DNA of 32,000 nucleotides from Zygophlyctis sp. KS116. Taxonomy: Eukaryota; Fungi; Chytridiomycota. The notes under the pieces were generated by a model. The model did no database searches. It was not told the DNA's origin and saw only the letters and a list, made by a program, of their open reading frames with translations. Position numbers and translations under genes: made by a program. Every line of letters starts with the position of its first letter. The first letter of the stretch is position 1. The stretch spans positions 1 to 32,000 of the forward strand of contig BAAFSQ010000041.1 in assembly GCA_054661495.1 (NCBI GenBank). The letters run 5' to 3'. Positions 31,401-32,000 of this stretch are shown here, one piece after another.

Positions 31401-32000
31401 ATCGCAGTAGCATATTTTTTAGGATTTTCCAAATATAATTTCAGTGCAAGAATAAGAGGGAACTCCTGATGCTTATTAGGTAGGCATTTTAAAATCTGAG
31501 ATTTAAAAATTAAGAGAGCTCACCTGAGCGTATTCTTCTTTAGGCGTATTGGTTCGACGCCTTAGGACTGTTAATAGAGCACCTTCGTAATCTGTTGTTA
31601 TAAAACCATCAAACAAAAGTTTTCGTATCCCAATCACCAGCGAAATATATTGAAAATCAAAAGAAGTAAACCTATTAACCAGTTCCTTTAAAATAATAGC
31701 GAGGGATTCAAGGAGAATATTATCGATATTTTGATCTATTGTAGTCAGTGATTTTTGTAAAGATTCATCAAAAATCTTTAGTAAATACCCAATTTGTATC
31801 TGATTTAGTTTTTTTAGGTCCTTCATATCACTTATATCCCTAAAAACAGATGCAAAGAATTTTGTTAATTTAATGAAAGAATCATGCATATATTTGCTTT
31901 CCACCTCCAGATTTACAAGAGTCGACAGTTGACTATCTTTCTGAAATGTCCTTCTGTTTAAACGAATAATTTCATGACGCAATTCATCCTTTATATTTTG
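25466..32000 (-). CDS. Giant multidomain protein: degenerate dynein-heavy-chain-like region + DUF4062-like + NACHT/STAND ATPase + WD40-like repeats; 5' end outside window
   Basis: Three introns (31496-31523, 31083-31107, 30828-30853) join four ORF-track pieces into one frame. P-loop GKGKTT, Walker B ILIIIDD, TEP1-like VFST..NEK...FPKLR..RG and FIRDNSFLRSVP, WD-like units (HSSRI..SVSDDGSVNAWD, LVTLTADNLLRVWK). Confidence 0.8.

Noticed and set aside
1-32000. Genome-wide TGA reassignment to Trp
   Set aside because: RPB1, DRS2, MED16 and the >2100-aa gene contain Trp codons but no internal TGA, and TGA serves as the terminal stop at 7476 and 23978.

Overview
AT-rich, extremely compact eukaryotic DNA, most likely an early-diverging (chytrid-like) fungus; this is inferred from the fungal-type RPB1/DRS2/MED16 sequences and the LRR exon array. 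The ORF track is fragmented because almost every gene is split by tiny GT-AG introns. About 50 were resolved by hand, nearly all 23-32 nt. Gene order after manual splicing: 3' part of a Ran-binding-domain protein (+), a putative small basic protein (-), an arrestin with a Q-rich repeat tail (+), intron-containing tRNA-Tyr (+), Ulp1/SENP protease (-), Sec14/CRAL-TRIO-GOLD (+), SUMO (+, missed by the ORF track), a beta-lactamase-family serine hydrolase (+), an ABC1/ADCK kinase with one in-frame TGA (-), SelO with altered catalytic residues (+), MED16 (+) whose stop overlaps the start of a DRS2-type P4-ATPase (+), RPB1 with an S7/N7 split CTD (+), a gene relic with three in-frame TGAs (-), a secreted LRR gene built of 72-nt exons with a 13-nt intron and a frameshift (-), and a giant gene (>2100 aa in the window, 5' end outside) that appears to fuse a degenerate dynein-heavy-chain C-terminal region to a TEP1-like DUF4062-NACHT-WD40 module (-). 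All family calls come from motif recognition, not database searches.
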